Shown piece after piece: positions 14,601 through 30,300 of a stretch of DNA of 64,000 nucleotides. Each line of letters begins with the position of its first letter. Position 1 is the first letter of the stretch. The notes beneath the pieces were generated by a model. That model saw only the letters and a program-made list of their open reading frames with translations. It had not been told where the DNA came from and did no database searches. This DNA is from Lytechinus pictus (taxonomy: Eukaryota). Made by a program: the position numbers and the translations under genes. Where the stretch lies: contig NC_087246.1 in the NCBI RefSeq assembly GCF_037042905.1, forward strand, positions 8,062,001 to 8,126,000, read 5' to 3'.

Positions 14601-15264
14601 ATTCACACAAAACTGTGTGAAAACACTACGTTTCAATATGAATCAAGCTTTTCCTCAGAAATGAACATTTTAATTACTAAAGATTGTAAGTGAATAATAT
14701 GCTTCCATATGTGAGGATTTACTTTCATGCAAAGCATTCTAGCAGCCTATTGACATTTTACTCTACATTCACACAAAATCTTTTGATTTTGGAAGGAAAT
14801 ACAAATATATAAACAGATAACTGGAAGAAACAGAATAAAGCAATAATATCGCATTGGCAAATAGTGCTAGAAGATTAAAGAAATGTTCTTCTGGAGTAGC
14901 TTGTTATAACTGATATATCATAGACTGATAAAACTAGAAAATATCTTTCAAACTCATTCCAGGAAACAGTCATTAAAAATTAGGACAGAGCAAGAGTAAT
15001 AAACAAAAAATCTTAAACATAGATTCACAAAATGGGTAATTGTAAAAATACCATTTCCATTTGAAACTGGCAATCTTACAACATGTTGAATCTCTACACA
15101 GATGCCCAATTTTTAATGATTATTTTATGTAAATATGTAATAACCTCCAGGGAGCTGCTTTCAGGATTACTGTGCACAAATAACAAATAATTTAAATCAT
15201 TTGTAAGGCAAACCGTTCAAAACTGAAATTCAGTGAATTTCTTTTAAACTCTTTCAAAAGAAAT

Positions 15265-15304
<40 letters not shown>

Positions 15305-18300
15305 TGCTGCACAATACTGATACTCACAAGTATTACAAATATGAATAAATGAAATAAAAAGACAATGAATACATTGAAATATTACCAATTTGATCCAAGA
15401 ACTGAAGTTGGATAGCAATGAATGACGGAAGAAAAACAAAGTTACACGACCTTTTTGCAAATTATTTTGAATCTGTAATTTATAAAACATTCTTCAAATG
15501 AGCAACACTCCTATAAAATGTTTCAGCAACAGAATAAGTTGCAATCAGGATTTGGATGTTGTATACTAAAGGCATTAATCCCTAAACATGTTGCAAGCCT
15601 AAAATCTGATATGCAAATACAATAAGATATTGAAGAGTATTATCAGTAATAACCTCCCCCATGATAAAGCTCACAGATGATTATGAAGATTTTTTTTTTT
15701 TATTGTTTTAGCTGAAAAAAAATAGTGAGCTTGAATCTAACATAAAATTGTATAACCATGTCTGCTCTATGCGAGTGCGTTGTGTTGAAGCTCAGTGTAA
15801 AATTAACGACATACATACTGATACAGACTTACATTCTAGTACAGACAGTCTATTGTAATTCAATTTGTTTTTCATTGTTCACAGGAAATCAAAAAGTTTT
15901 CTGCAATTTCAATAGCTCTGATGATATTCAAATTATTTGGCGAGTATACAAATAGCGAATAGGCATGAGTGCGATGGTGCGAGATTTCGCATGAGGTGAA
16001 AGAAAGATGCTCTATTCAACGAGGCGTGAGCCGAGTTGAATAGAGCGTTTCTTTCTTTCACCGAATGCGAAATCTCGCACCATTGCACGAATAAGAATAT
16101 TCGCTATTTGTGTTGTACAACGCCTCAGAATTTAGCGAAAATATGAAAAAAAACAAAGAGTTTATCCCTATAGTAATCTATGAAAAGGGAGCAAAAATAC
16201 CGAAAGCAGAAAGCAAAATCCCACAAGCGCACATGACCTTGGGCAGCCTTGCGCATTTAGCCAGCTGGCTTATACGCGTATTGTTCATTTTTACTGAGCG
16301 CAATGAATTAAATCGTATTATGACGTCACCTCCTAAAGCCGTGCAACGGTACATTTTGGACAGTACATTTTGGATGGTACGTCTTTTGTGCAACGGTACA
16401 AATGTTTGACATTCAGCCTCCCATTTGCTCGCGTACAACAAGCTAAGTAGGCGTTGTACAATAAAAAAAAAAAAGATTTGATGAACCAAGACTTACTTCA
16501 AAGCGAAGCCATTCAGGTCTGTTCTCAAATAGTGTAGCCAACCCTTTGGGGTCACTGCCATAGATAGTCACTGCAGACTCAGCCATCATCTCTGCATGGA
16601 TCTTATATAGAGCTTCCCTCACAAAGCGATCATTGATCACCAATCCTCCAAGTTTACCATTCACCATCTGCTGAGGTACAAACTTTTCACCGTAGTCAAA
16701 CTCTGAACCTTGCCTTCGCAAGCTTGACCTATTGGGGGATCTCCGTACAGTTTTATCATCCTTGGGCGGATCCATCTTTTCGGACAGACTACCAGTTAGA
16801 GAACTGTTATTGCCTTGGTTGTTGTTATTGGGAGTCAAAGAAGAGAGTGGAGGGGAAGAGTCTGTCTCGTCAAAGGCACTCTCCTCAGGTAATGGCTCCA
16901 TGATGAGTTCTGGTGGTGCCATCTCTATTTCTTTCAATTTGCGAGTGAATTCTAACTGAAAGTCAAGTAAAGCTGACAAATACCTGCAAAGAATTTCGAC
17001 AAATAAGATTGAGTTCAAAACAATATTCAAGGGACTACAAAATATCAGTGATAATATAATATTCATATTCAGATGGGGACATTAAGTTTTCTATAATGAA
17101 CAACTTTACATCAGCTTTCAAGACCAGCATGTATTTTAAAGCTCTGTATACTTCCCCTAGATCACCTCATAGTAAGTTGTGATCTCATTTCTCCTTGCCT
17201 GACAATTACCATAACAGGCTAAGGACTGTCTGTCATGGGATAGGAAAATTTGATGATCCCAAAATAGGCAGCTATACTACAGTATTTCTCACAAATCATG
17301 CAGCAGCAAAAGATAATCCATTCCCTCTGTAAGTGAAAGACAGACTACCTAAAATGTTTATTGATAAAGAAACTTACATGATGTTTTGTGATAATTTGCT
17401 GATTCCATTCTGGACTGCAAACTGATTTAGAACATGGTGGCTCAGTCTACTTAACCTTCCATCCCATGGAGTTTTCTCCTTATCCTGTCTTGACTGCAAG
17501 TGAAACAGAGAGGTAGGAAGCAAGGGTAAAAAATGGATAAAACATATAAAGAAAACAGAAATATGGAATATCAAAATTCACACAGATAATGAACAAACAG
17601 AACAGAGATATTGGGTATAGTACGAAATCCACAGCAACAATAACAGTTTAGAGTGAGAGAAAGTAACTGAGAAGATTTTGACTCAAACTTTTACATTGAA
17701 TATGAACCTTTTTGGCTAGTGAAATTCCCAAAATGTAAGAAGATTAACCATTCTCTGCAAGCTGAATCAATTCTGAGGTTGTAATATTGACAATTCTTCT
17801 TCTATTGATAATTTCTTTGAATTCTACTTAACTTATGGCATCATTGGTATTTCTTCTTGATTTCTTTTATTTTGCAATCACTGGATATTTTTCTTTATTT
17901 AGATGTTACTCAAGTATTTCAGCCATTTGATAGCTTCTCGAATAGGAAGGTGACAGAAAGCAATAAATTTTGAAATTGTTGGATTGAATTTTACGAACAT
18001 GCGAAAGTGTAACATTAGCATGCAGAGTTAAGCACTAACCTTGATGTGTTTTCCTGCATCATGTTTCTGAGCAGCGGTTACAAGCTGGTGGTAGTATGAA
18101 AGCGCTCTCTCATCTCTCTCTGGATGATTCTCAGACTGTTAAAGTGTGAGAAAGAAAAATCAATGGACATTGACTGTGTTTCATTCTGAGGTTTGGTCAA
18201 GTACTGATAAGGAAGGGGGAGGGGAACACCATGTAAACTCGCAACTTAACTTAGCATGACATGTCAACACCTAATCTCAGAATGATGGTCAAATTCAAGC

Positions 18301-21300
18301 TCTTTTTGAAGTATAAAACATAAATTATATGAGCCCTGGTTCCGGTTTCATAAAACTTGTTGATAATAAATGCTAGAATTCTATGACAACTTGCACTCAA
18401 TCAATCAGATTGCACAATTATCAGTTTCTTGTCACACTTGATGTTGATAAAAAAAGGTTTATCACATGGCATTGACAAGAATGACTGTAAGTATAAGGTA
18501 GCAAAATGAGAGTATAAAAGTAAATTCTTCCAGAGTATTTGTACATGCTTAAAGGAGAATAAAACTCTTGGAGCAAGTTAGCTTTTGTGAAAGCAGAAAA
18601 ATCAAAGAATAAGATCAACAAAAGTTTTAGTAAAATAGGACTAGCAATAGAAGAGTTATGAGAATTTGAATGTCGAGATCACTAATGCTGTGGAGATCCT
18701 CCCATTGGCAATGCGACCAAGATCTATGATGTCACAGATGAACAACTCTCCCCTTTTGGACACTGAAAATATACCCCAAAACATCTCTTTTTGCTCATTC
18801 TAATCATATGACAAACAATTCATCAATGATATAATGTTGTGAAACCTCTGTACTTGTCCTCTCATAAAGAGAACACCTCACCTTGTGATAGATTCTATAA
18901 AAGTGAGAATATAAGTGGAATAAGTACTAAAGTAATGAGGGAGTTGTACGTGTGTGACATCACAGATCTTGGTCGCATTGCCAATAGAAGGATCTACATG
19001 GCATTAGTGATCTCAATATTCAAATGCTCATAACTTTCTTATTATTCATTCAATCTTCCTCAAACTTTCAACAATATGTTTCTTTGATTTTTCTCTTTGA
19101 TATGGATTCAGCTGGTTTCAAGGGTTTCATTCTCCTTTAAGGTATGTATATTGGGTTGATACATCAATTTGTACTAAGTAAAAAATTGAATAGATAGGAG
19201 CCCACAAAAAATTATGGCTGGGGTGATCCCCTTCAACTAAAATTAATTCTTAAAGAGATTAATTCAATTCATTGTATTTTGTTTTTCTTGTTATCATACA
19301 GGCAAAATGTAACATAGCACAAAGATGATGCAGATCAATGCAATAACAGAACAAAATTATGTATACTGAGAAGGTAGCAGCTATGAGGGAAAACTGTTAT
19401 ATATAAAATCAATTATATGAGATTTCATTGGTCTACATAATAACAGAATTTACTTGTAATTGAACCATCTGCAGTACAATGTGACCTTTGACCTTACCTT
19501 TATCCTAAGGTAGTGCATCTTGAGATGAAGTTTACCAGTCACTTGTGAACTCATGACCTTAGCATGACCTCTCTGGAGTCTATACCAATCCTCTGTGATA
19601 GTAGCTGCCTCTATCTTATCCAGGGGTATTGTGATCTGACCAAGGAAGTCGTCTGTGCATTTGTTGATCCCGTGCTTCATGTGACGAAAGATGCTATGTT
19701 GGATGGGAGATGGATGAAGAAAGACAATTTTTATAATATAGGGTATTTATATTGCGCACATATCCACCTTGTTAGGTGCTCAAGGCGCTCCTATATTACC
19801 CGGCTAAGCTAGGCGTTCATAGCGCACACAGCTTTTTAAGGAATTACTTCCTACCGGTACCCATTTACCTCACCTGGGTTGAGTGCAGCACATTGTGGAT
19901 CAGTTTCTTGCTGAAGGAAATTACGCCATGGCTGGGATTCGAACCCACGACCCTCTGTTTCAAAGTCCGAAGACTAATCCACTGGGCCACAACGCTCCAC
20001 AAATATAACAAATATATAACAAAATTATAACAAATTTTGTTTTAAGAATAGGATAGCCATATGAATCCCTTGGCAATATGGTCCAAAAATGAGTTTATGT
20101 CAAATTTACAATGATAGGAAATAATGATGGAATGTATCAAGTGCTTGTATATTCTTGCACTTTGAAGAAATAAGATAGCAGTTTGTCATAATGCTAATAT
20201 GAAATATAAACAGGAATTGCATCCACTCTATAGGATGTATCAGGAGCTAATTTTCATTGTTACAATGTCTTAAGACTGGCCACAATATCACTTGAACTAG
20301 TTATTAATAAAAAGTTTACTATCAATCTTACTGCTTAATCATTATTCCAAGCCACATTTGTATTGCCATTCAATGTAACAAAAGGAATTACAAAACTATA
20401 TATATTCTTCAATACACATCTATACACATCAACCAGACAGTTTGCCACACATGGCAGGAACCAGATCGGCAGAAAAACCCATATAACCTTAGTGATTATA
20501 AAACTTGATGTTGAATATGATTAGAAATCTTCAGTTGGCTTAATACAAATTGTTCATTCCACTTCTGCAACTTTCTTAGCTGCAGGAAGAATCAAATCAT
20601 AAAGTATCAAGCAATCAACCCATTAGTGTATAAAGTCAATGTTTGAATGATTTTATGAACTCACTTTTTGATACCAGCAAGTTTGTGTTCTGCTTCCAGA
20701 CTCTTGCATGCATCCCAAAGACTTGTCTCTTCATCCAGGTCCCACATGGTAATGATCAACTCACCATCTAATCTATCCAACTCACTAAAATCACACAAAA
20801 ATAAACTGCCAACTAGTCGTTGTACAAGCACAACAAATTCTTACAGAATCAAAATGAAGTGTCTGTATGTATAAAGCAATATTAAGAGACAAGTGATTCA
20901 AATATAAAAAAAAGAGTAATTTCTCTGTAAATAAACTTGGTATTCTGTTAAATGATAGGTCTCTGCTCATACGGGTATAAGCCCATGAGTGCTGATTTGA
21001 CTTTTTGTCACTGGTTACTACTAGTTTTAATCATTTCATTGTGTTTGGCTTGTAAACTATATCTGATCTTATTATTGTGATGCTTTAAGAGTAGTAAATA
21101 TTGTTTTCTTAAGTTTTTTTTTATTGTGACTACTTGATTTGGCTTCAGGGCTCTCCCTGTAATCTCAAGGGCTCTGTCCATATCAATTACAGACAATTAT
21201 CCAGGTACTTTATATTTGATACTCACCTAAAAGCTGTAATAATGGGATGATTGGCATACGGGCAGGATTTCAAAGAATAAATGAATGTAGCATTTCCATA

Positions 21301-24300
21301 GCTCCAAGAAATATTTGATATTTGAGAATTACTTAGAACAAATTACAGCTATGCCGGGCAAGCAACTGGAAACTTTCAGGTTGTCAAAAATGACTATTGT
21401 TTGTAAGAAGGGAAATCCTATACTTTGGTGCCCAGAAGTGAAATTTTGTTGAAATTAAATCTTTTTAAAAATCCCCAATAGAGTTGGCATTTTGTCAGGT
21501 TAAATGCAAAGTTGGATTAGCAAAAATACAAGTCATTTAATGCAAAATAATGTCGAGAGCGATTTGATGTTAGTGAAAAAGGATTGTGAGAGCAACTGTC
21601 ATAGGATAGTCTGTAGGATGTAAGGACACAATACATGAATAAATAATTACATTCTAATCTGAATGTTTGCCTACCATCCAAATGTGTTAAATACAAATGG
21701 ACTACAAAGAATGCACATAAAATAATGTTGCAGCCACACCAACAAAACAGAATCTATACCAATCATATTGATTGAATTATCAACAATGATCAGTGTCAAT
21801 CGCTTTTGTTTGTGCGACTGGGACATGGGAATGTTCTGTGAACACACTAATAACAACAAAAATATAAGACAAATCAGTAGAGATGAGTAATGATAAATAA
21901 AATGATTTCACGAAATCAATAAAGGTACTTACATGTCAAAGGTTTCATTCCAGACGGGATGCAAGGTTGCTGACTTGCATGATGTCCTATAGAGGGAGTT
22001 AGCTTCCAAGGAATTATTATGGGTTAGGTTGGGAGAAATAGGGAATGAATCAGACCCCTTACGTCTCCTCTCATCAGGTACAGCTAATGAGTGAACATGT
22101 AGATCTTGCTGGATATTCTGTTGTCTGGCATCTGATAATCAAGAAAGGTTTAGACAATTAGAAAAACAGCATGCTTTAAACTGATCAAACATACAATCCT
22201 GGCAATTTCTTGTCTACACAATGTTATAATAATTAATGATTAAATACACCTACTACAAATGGGTCTTCAATTCAATACAGATTCTACAAGATAGTGAGAA
22301 GATGTCTTTTGACTGAAGGTTTTTAATCTGAGAATGTGGGAATAACCATAGAGAGCCAGAATACCTAGGTAATGCTCAGTGACTTAGGATTTTAATCTAT
22401 GAGCTACCATTAATCATCACTGATGTAGTGATGTTATGACATAAGTATATAACAACCATCTTTTACCTAGAAGAAGTTCTCACAATTAGTTGACTGTTTT
22501 TAGATAATAAGAGGTTGCCATGCAACAATGCTATATTTCTAAAACACAACTTTTCCCAAACTGCCCTTAATCTTTTTTAAATTTTAGAGATATAGGCCTG
22601 TATTCTCAAGTCGGGTTTAACTTAAACTCAGGTTTAAAGTTGTGGTTTAAGTATGGAGAGCCAATTGTTACATAAATCACTTACAGTAGAGATATCATAC
22701 TTCAGCTCATTTGGCTCTAAAATCATTCATAATTGTCTAGGAAGTATAAATAGATGATTGTCTTCACCATCGATGAATCAAGAAAGAGCACAGTAAACAT
22801 AAGAAACATACAACTCCATAAAAATGTTGATACTTTTGGCTTCCCATACTTAAACCACAACTTTAAACCTGAGTTAAACCCGACTTCAGAATACGGGCCA
22901 TAAGGTTTTGACCCCCTGGAGACAATAACTTACCAACACCCAGGTGTTCCAGTGACTTCCTTCGTCTGTCCTTGCGGTTGAAGCTCCTATTCCTCTGGAT
23001 GTTCCTAGAGAGACTATGATGATGGCTGGTCTCAGGTACAGATGTTTGAGGAGATAGGAATTTACTGCTACTGTTCCCTGAGGTTTGTGGGAGAGTGTTG
23101 GCGTGCTGCAGGGAATGCGTCTTGTGGCTGGTGAGCTGGTCGAGGCTATCGCTACGTGCCTGGTTCTTGTTGTGGGAGTGTTGCGGAGAGGAGCGCTGCT
23201 GGGAAGGGCAGCTACTGGATGCCTTATTGCAGTGAGTTAGGATACAGTATGGATCACTCATACCTGATAGGATAATTTCAAGACAAAGCAAGATTTAATA
23301 TCATATGAACATAACTTGAGAATTATCTACATGTATGTCCTACTAGCTTAACCATACAGTTCAGTACTTCTGCAGAGCCATTGACATTTAAAAAAAAATC
23401 ATTAAGAATGAAAAATATTTCCAAAAGCAATTTAGAAAACCAGTCATTAGAAATTTAAATCAATTTCTTTATGGCTAATCTACTGTCCTTAACACATTTC
23501 AAATCATGCTAAATGACAAATATGCATCATAATGTATGTATAATGTATATGATGGGTATATTATAATGTAGGCATACTCTCAGCATGTATACCATGTATG
23601 ATGAAGCACTTACATATTACTTATATATATAGAGAGAAATGTCAGTGAATAAGAAAAGTAGAAAACATTAACATCACGTTGCATTATATCAACACAAGTT
23701 AATTCAAGAGCATGCTCGAATAGTATGTTGGCATGAAGAAGAGTGTCTTGGATGTTTGGTGACTGAAGATATATGAATGTATACTTGGATGAAGAAAAAT
23801 ACATTTCTTTTACTTTTCCTACTTCTTTTTGAGAACTTTTTTGATGAAAGAATAGGTGACTGTTTTCCACGACATAGTGTGTCCTTTATTGAAAGACAGA
23901 ACAAGAAATTTAGAAGTACATATGTGTTTCTCAAACAGATTTTTTTAAAATCTGATCCATACCAGAAATAATCTAAAATCAAATGAAATGCCACATACAT
24001 ACATGTACATAATCTAACAAAATTTCAATTTTACAATCTTTTTAGTATTCAACTTACAGGTAAAGGTATAATAAAAATGAATAAGGAAACTAAGAATAGA
24101 TGTTGACTTTAATGTTGTCCAATGAATATTATTCAAAATGCAGCATAGCAGGAAAGTGGTTTACCTTGTGACATATTCACAACTATATAGCAGATAAGGT
24201 TTATATTCATAATACCAATTTATTATTATATAAAATGAAAAAGAGTCCTCTCATCTACATACATGTAAAAACAGATATGTCATTTTAGGCTATTGTTGAT

Positions 24301-27300
24301 TATACATGTCCATTATTAAAGAAAAGTGCAAGTTTGATATTGTGGTACTACTGAACATGTATTGGATGATTATTTTAATTCATGACATAATCTGAGGTAT
24401 ATGCTTTGTATTGGGATATTCTATGATTGTTGCTATTGTCATGATTTGTAAAATATCTGAAAATCAATACAAATTTAATAACTAAAAAATAATGCTTGAA
24501 ACTGAAAAAAATGTGTTCTTGTAGCATGTACTGGTTCAGTAGTGATCAGATAACTATGGTGTGGATTTATCCAGAAAGTAAAAATATTTTAAGAGAAGTG
24601 CAGTATCAGAAGGGCTATTTACAAATATAATCATTCATTGAAATTCCATTGTTGATGCCAATAAGTAATGACTGATGACATGAGATGATATTTTATCATA
24701 TACATTTTCATGAATGCCCAGTGAATGTCTGCTGTAAAGATGGTAGATTTGGTGATTAAACATGTATATCACAATCTCACCTTTCTTACAGTCTATTCTA
24801 CTTCTCCTCCTTCCCACTTTCAAGGAGAGAAAACAAAAACAAAATCTGTACAAAAATCAATCTTTGCAAAATGGTGTTTGGCTTTAATAATCAATATGGA
24901 TTTATTTATATTTTTGAGAGCTATATTACAACCATATTTTGTTTAATTGGTAACCTTTCCCCTTGAAATACTGAAACACATTCTACACAGGTACAATATA
25001 TTTTATTAAATTAACTCTTAAGGTGCTTAAAATGTACTCCAGATTTTGTATTTGATTCAAAAGATATTTCTTATAAAATGCATCTTACTGCAATTCTATG
25101 TTGAGTATTCTTACTGCAAACAACCTCCACCCCACACCCAATAGGCTTGACATCAACATCCCTCACATGAAAAAAAAAACTTTAAATAAAATGAGCTAAA
25201 ATTAATGAAAAATTGAAAATAAATAGATAAAATTAGAAGAAAAAAACCCACATCAACAATTTGATGAAAAATGGACAACTTCAAAGTTTAATAATACAGT
25301 ATGTCAATCACTTTCTAAAATTTTCAGACAGAACTGTATTTGTCTTTGCAAATCCTCTTTTTAGAATTGTGGAATGTTGACATTCTGATGAGGAGGTAAA
25401 CATAGAAATTGCAGCTCACGATTTGATCAACGTGCATGTGGGTAAACAATCTATGGAAAATACAACTCAGCATTAACGTCAACTAAAAGATAGTTCAAGG
25501 ACTGCAGCTAAAGATAAGATAGAAACGTGCAGAAGATGATAAGTACACTCGTGACGTCCATATCAATGTTTATGTAGAGGAAATGTGAAAGAGAAGCACT
25601 TGCCTATCTACTCCGCCCAAAATATTTGAATAGTTAATTTTGTCTTTCAAACTAATGTTTGGGAACTATGTTTAGCACAAAAGTATAACACGGATGTTGT
25701 GGTGTGTAACAATAGCAACTAGCAAAAAAGTGATAAGTTAATGTTGAAAATACTAGTGCACTAGAATAGGTTTTAAAGCACTGTATAAGGTATAAGTTTA
25801 CATATTGGGGGGGGGGGTCAAACATACAAATTTAAAAATAAAAAAGAAAACATTAAAAAAATTTACTCAATAAGATAAATGATAAGCTACATGTCTGTCT
25901 CAGACCAATTTCTAATGCATACTCTGGAAGCCAAGCTGAAAAGGGCATTGGCATTCAAATATAATACTGTAACATCTACTTGAATGATAACTGGGTACAA
26001 TGCTACTTTACATCTATTTGCTCAGCAATATTAAAAAGTACACAATAAAATCTTCCCAGGAATGTGTTTACAAAGTTGCTAAATTACATATGATAAAACG
26101 TAGTTTTCAAGGGCAAAGGCCCTAGTCCAAACTCAAACAAATATAATACATATAATTGTGGTATATAATATTCTTATGCATTCAAAATATGACCTCTCAT
26201 TGGAATAAAAGCAGCAAGCATTAGGTAATAAGTTTTCTATTATGACAATAGCATCAATGCATTAAAAAAAAAAATTAATGATACAGATTACAGTAAATGC
26301 AAGAGCATTGCTTGATAAATACCATGATTATTTAAAGGACTAAGCATCCTAGGTATGTACATATACAGCAGAAGGAATAACTACAATTTTGAACCTTTTA
26401 CTCTCCACAGGAACATATAACAGACTACTCCTCTACCTAAATCTAACAACAGTTTAATCCGAAGGAAAAATATTCTGCATTGTGAATGCAAATCAACCCA
26501 ATCCAAACCTGTTCAATTCCATTCAATTCCATATCAAATTCAATATCTTTTGCTAAATTATATAAACTCACCATTTGGATCCATTCCTTTGATGTCCTTA
26601 GCCTCCACTACAGTCACTCTAAGAAAAAAATGATCCGGCTGAATATAATGCAAAAATAAATAAAATATAAGATTTAATGTTAACAAGTGGAATGCCTCTG
26701 GCCGTCTCACCTGCATCACACGATTCAATATAGCAGCAGTGCTGATTTTGAAAACTACTATAACTCGCACAAGATGTTCAGTGATACTTGGTTACTCTTA
26801 TTTCCACGTTTTATGAACTAGACCAATACACTTATAGAGATATGATGGCAATTCAACAAATACCCCCAACGTGGCCAAAGTTCTTTGACCTTACATGACC
26901 TTTGACCTGATCATGTGACCTGAAACTCGCACAGGATGTTCAGTGATACTTGATTACTATTATGTCCAAGTTTTATGAACTAGACCAACACACTTTCAAA
27001 TTTATGGCTGTAATTCAACAAATACCCCAATTTGGCCAAAGTTCATTGACCCTAAATGACCTTTGACCTTGATCATGTGACCTGAAACTTGCACAGGATG
27101 TTCAGTAATACTTGATTACTATTATGTCCAAGTTTAATGAATCAGATCCATAAACATTCAAAGTTATGATGGTAATTCAACAGATACCCCCAATTCGGCC
27201 AAAGTTCATTGACCCTAAATGACCTTTGACCTTGGTCATGTGATGTGAAACTCACGCAGGATGTTCAGTGATACTTGATTAACCTTATGTATAAGTTTCA

Positions 27301-30300
27301 TGAACTAGGTCCATATATTTTCTAAGTTATGATGACATTTCAAAAACTTAACCTTAGGTTAAGATTTTGATGTTGATTCCCCCAACATGGTCTAAGTTCA
27401 TTGACCCTAAATGACCTTTGACCTTGGTCATGTGACATGAAACTCAGGCAGGATGTTCATTAATACTTGATTAACCTTATGGCCAAGTTTCATGAACTAG
27501 GTCCATATACTTTCTAAGTTATGCTGTCATTTCAAAAACTTAACCTCAGGTTAAGATTTGGTGTTGACGCCGCCGCCGCCGTCGCCGTCACCGTCGGAAA
27601 AGCGGCGCCTATAGTCTCACTCTGCTATGCAGGTGAGACAAAAAGGTATCAAATATCTAAACCATGTAATACCAAGAAACATATATTTACTCAATGCACA
27701 TGGATCAAATTTTTTTCCCTCAGATATCTTGAAGTTATGAATAATAATAATAAACACTAATAATGTGGATCAATTAATGTAGCACTATCTATCTAGAAAT
27801 GGTATATTCCAATTAAGGAACATTATTACCGACTTCAGATTAAGCTACCACTTCCAGCGCTCAGTGCATTCAAGGAATCAATCCTTCCAAGTACCCATGA
27901 ATGCAACCTCTACTTCTCACACAGAGAAATTATTGAACTTATTGAACTCACTCGTTTGTTGACTTCTTCCTTTACTAGTGTACTGTGGGATGCATTAGGA
28001 ACATGGAATATCTAGAAAGAAACAATGAATTAAAACATAACATAAACAACAATGGTTTTTCATTAGAGTTTGACATCACCTCCTGTACTGGGATCCATTT
28101 CATAAAACTTGTTAGAAATTCACAATGACAATTATAAGCTACTGAAATCCTTTAATCTGATTGGCTGATCATAAACTTGTTATAGAAATTGTGCATTTGT
28201 TATTATAAAAAGTCTTAATGTAACGGGTACCTAACTTCCATAACTGCCTCCCCTCCTCACTCAAAATATGTCCAGAACTTCTCTTCACCTTTCTTATTCC
28301 CTTCCACTTCTTAAATATATGTACAATGTAGAACAGACTATACTAAATATAAAAATATTCATAAACTATAATAAGTGAAACAGATCATAGCAAGTGACAA
28401 AGATGAAAAGGAATATTTCTTTCAAAAGAAGGGTCCATTTCCATGTCATGATGCAATAACTGTCACAAGAATGTACATGTATCAAAGAATTGAAACTATT
28501 TGAGACTTTTTTTAAACATTCTCAATTTATAAAATTTAAATTACCTGTATCTGTGATATATAGGAGTACAAATTTTTCATAATAAAATAAAGCACTCTTG
28601 CAATGAGGTCAAATTGGCAAAAGTATAGACAGAAAATACAGGTCAAACTTATTCTTAGCATTTCTTTTTTTTGTTGACTTCTCACCACACACACATAGAA
28701 AGGTCCACAATACAATAAATGGAAATTTATTTGTATTGTGATTCATATATTCAACGTCATCATATTAGCCTTGGAAAATGTAAAATGCCCACATTGGCCA
28801 TTCTCAGATAAATTTCTTATGGATAGAGTAAACTACCAAATGGAAGTGACAGAATCGTGATGACTATATATAGCAAGCAAAGTGAATTTAATCTTAAATA
28901 TATTTACACAGAAAACTTGTAAGCTTTATAAAGAGTTGTATAGTTTATACAATGATGGGGGCCTACGTGATCTCAGAATACTATAAGAAATATGTTTGTA
29001 GAGTTTTTATAAATTATTTTTCTTTCTCACTGTTCCTTGTTACTGTTAGTCCCAATTTAAGTTCCTATATCCTATATTCACATATTTTCTGTTGTATGGG
29101 TCCTGCAAATTTTTGAAGATTTCTTTGAAACTTGAACATAATTCAGTAGGTGTAATCTTAACTGGAGTCAAATAAGAACATGCACACAAAGCTGTAGAAG
29201 AAAACAACATACATCTTGTTATCTCTCTCTTACTCTATTGAAAATCCCATTTTCCATGTACTTTAAGTACTTTTTAAAATCATTTTATTATTTTGTACTA
29301 TATTTCATTTATTTTTAAATTATTATTTTTTAATTTTTTTATTCACTTATATATTTAATTATCTATTCATTTATTTGTTTACTTGTTATCTATAATAATA
29401 TTATTATACGTTATTTTTTATCATTATTATTAGGTTGTAGATCTCTTTGAATGATCTACTTACCCTTTGAAGATGTCCAACGAGTTCCAATGGGTTAAAC
29501 TTCATACCGTCCACCTTACCAAGAGGATGAAGGAGTGTTTGTAAGATAGCAGAGTAAAACTCCTTAAACTCCATCTAAAGAAAAGAAACAACAACAATAA
29601 CAGAAAGGGTTGTCTAAAGAAAATGGTTTCAAATACATGTACATGGATCTGATTTAATGTGACTGAGCTTTGACTGGAACTGGTAAACTTAAACGATGAA
29701 TATGATGGTAGCACTTCACAACTAAATTCTTGTACAGTTGATACACATTATGAGACGAATTTGACGAAAACAGTGCAATACAGATGAAACTCAGTTTATT
29801 CTAGGAATGTTTATAGAGAACTGAGATGCTTACAGGCACAGTGTCAGTTTCTAACACCATTTTGAAAAGGCAAAAGTTTCTGACATGATCAAAAAGCAAA
29901 ATCATGACAAATGTCAACATATTCATGTATGCACCTATATACAATGATGACGTCCAAATGTGCTGATTAACACTGCATCAAACAACTGATAAAGGAAATA
30001 ATAATATTCACTGTGTTAAATACTGTGCATGATGAAACAAGTATTTTGGTCACACATTCATGGTAAATCCAATATTTGCATTGATCTATATCATATCAAA
30101 TAATTCAATCAAGTTAAGATAACAATCACTGGCAAATGTACAAAAGAATGATGGTTAACGTAAGCTCTGAAACCTTATAACACCAACAATGTCCATATAC
30201 ACGTAAAAAAAGCATGAAAATATCTCTCACATTTGCCAAGTTTATTATTGGTTTCTAGTTAATTCCAGAATATATGACTAAATCTTGAAGTGAAAATATA

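Noticed and set aside
19931..20000. Functional tRNA gene (also 48748-48817)
   Set aside because: Acceptor and anticodon stems pair poorly and the sequence runs into a SINE body; it is a SINE head
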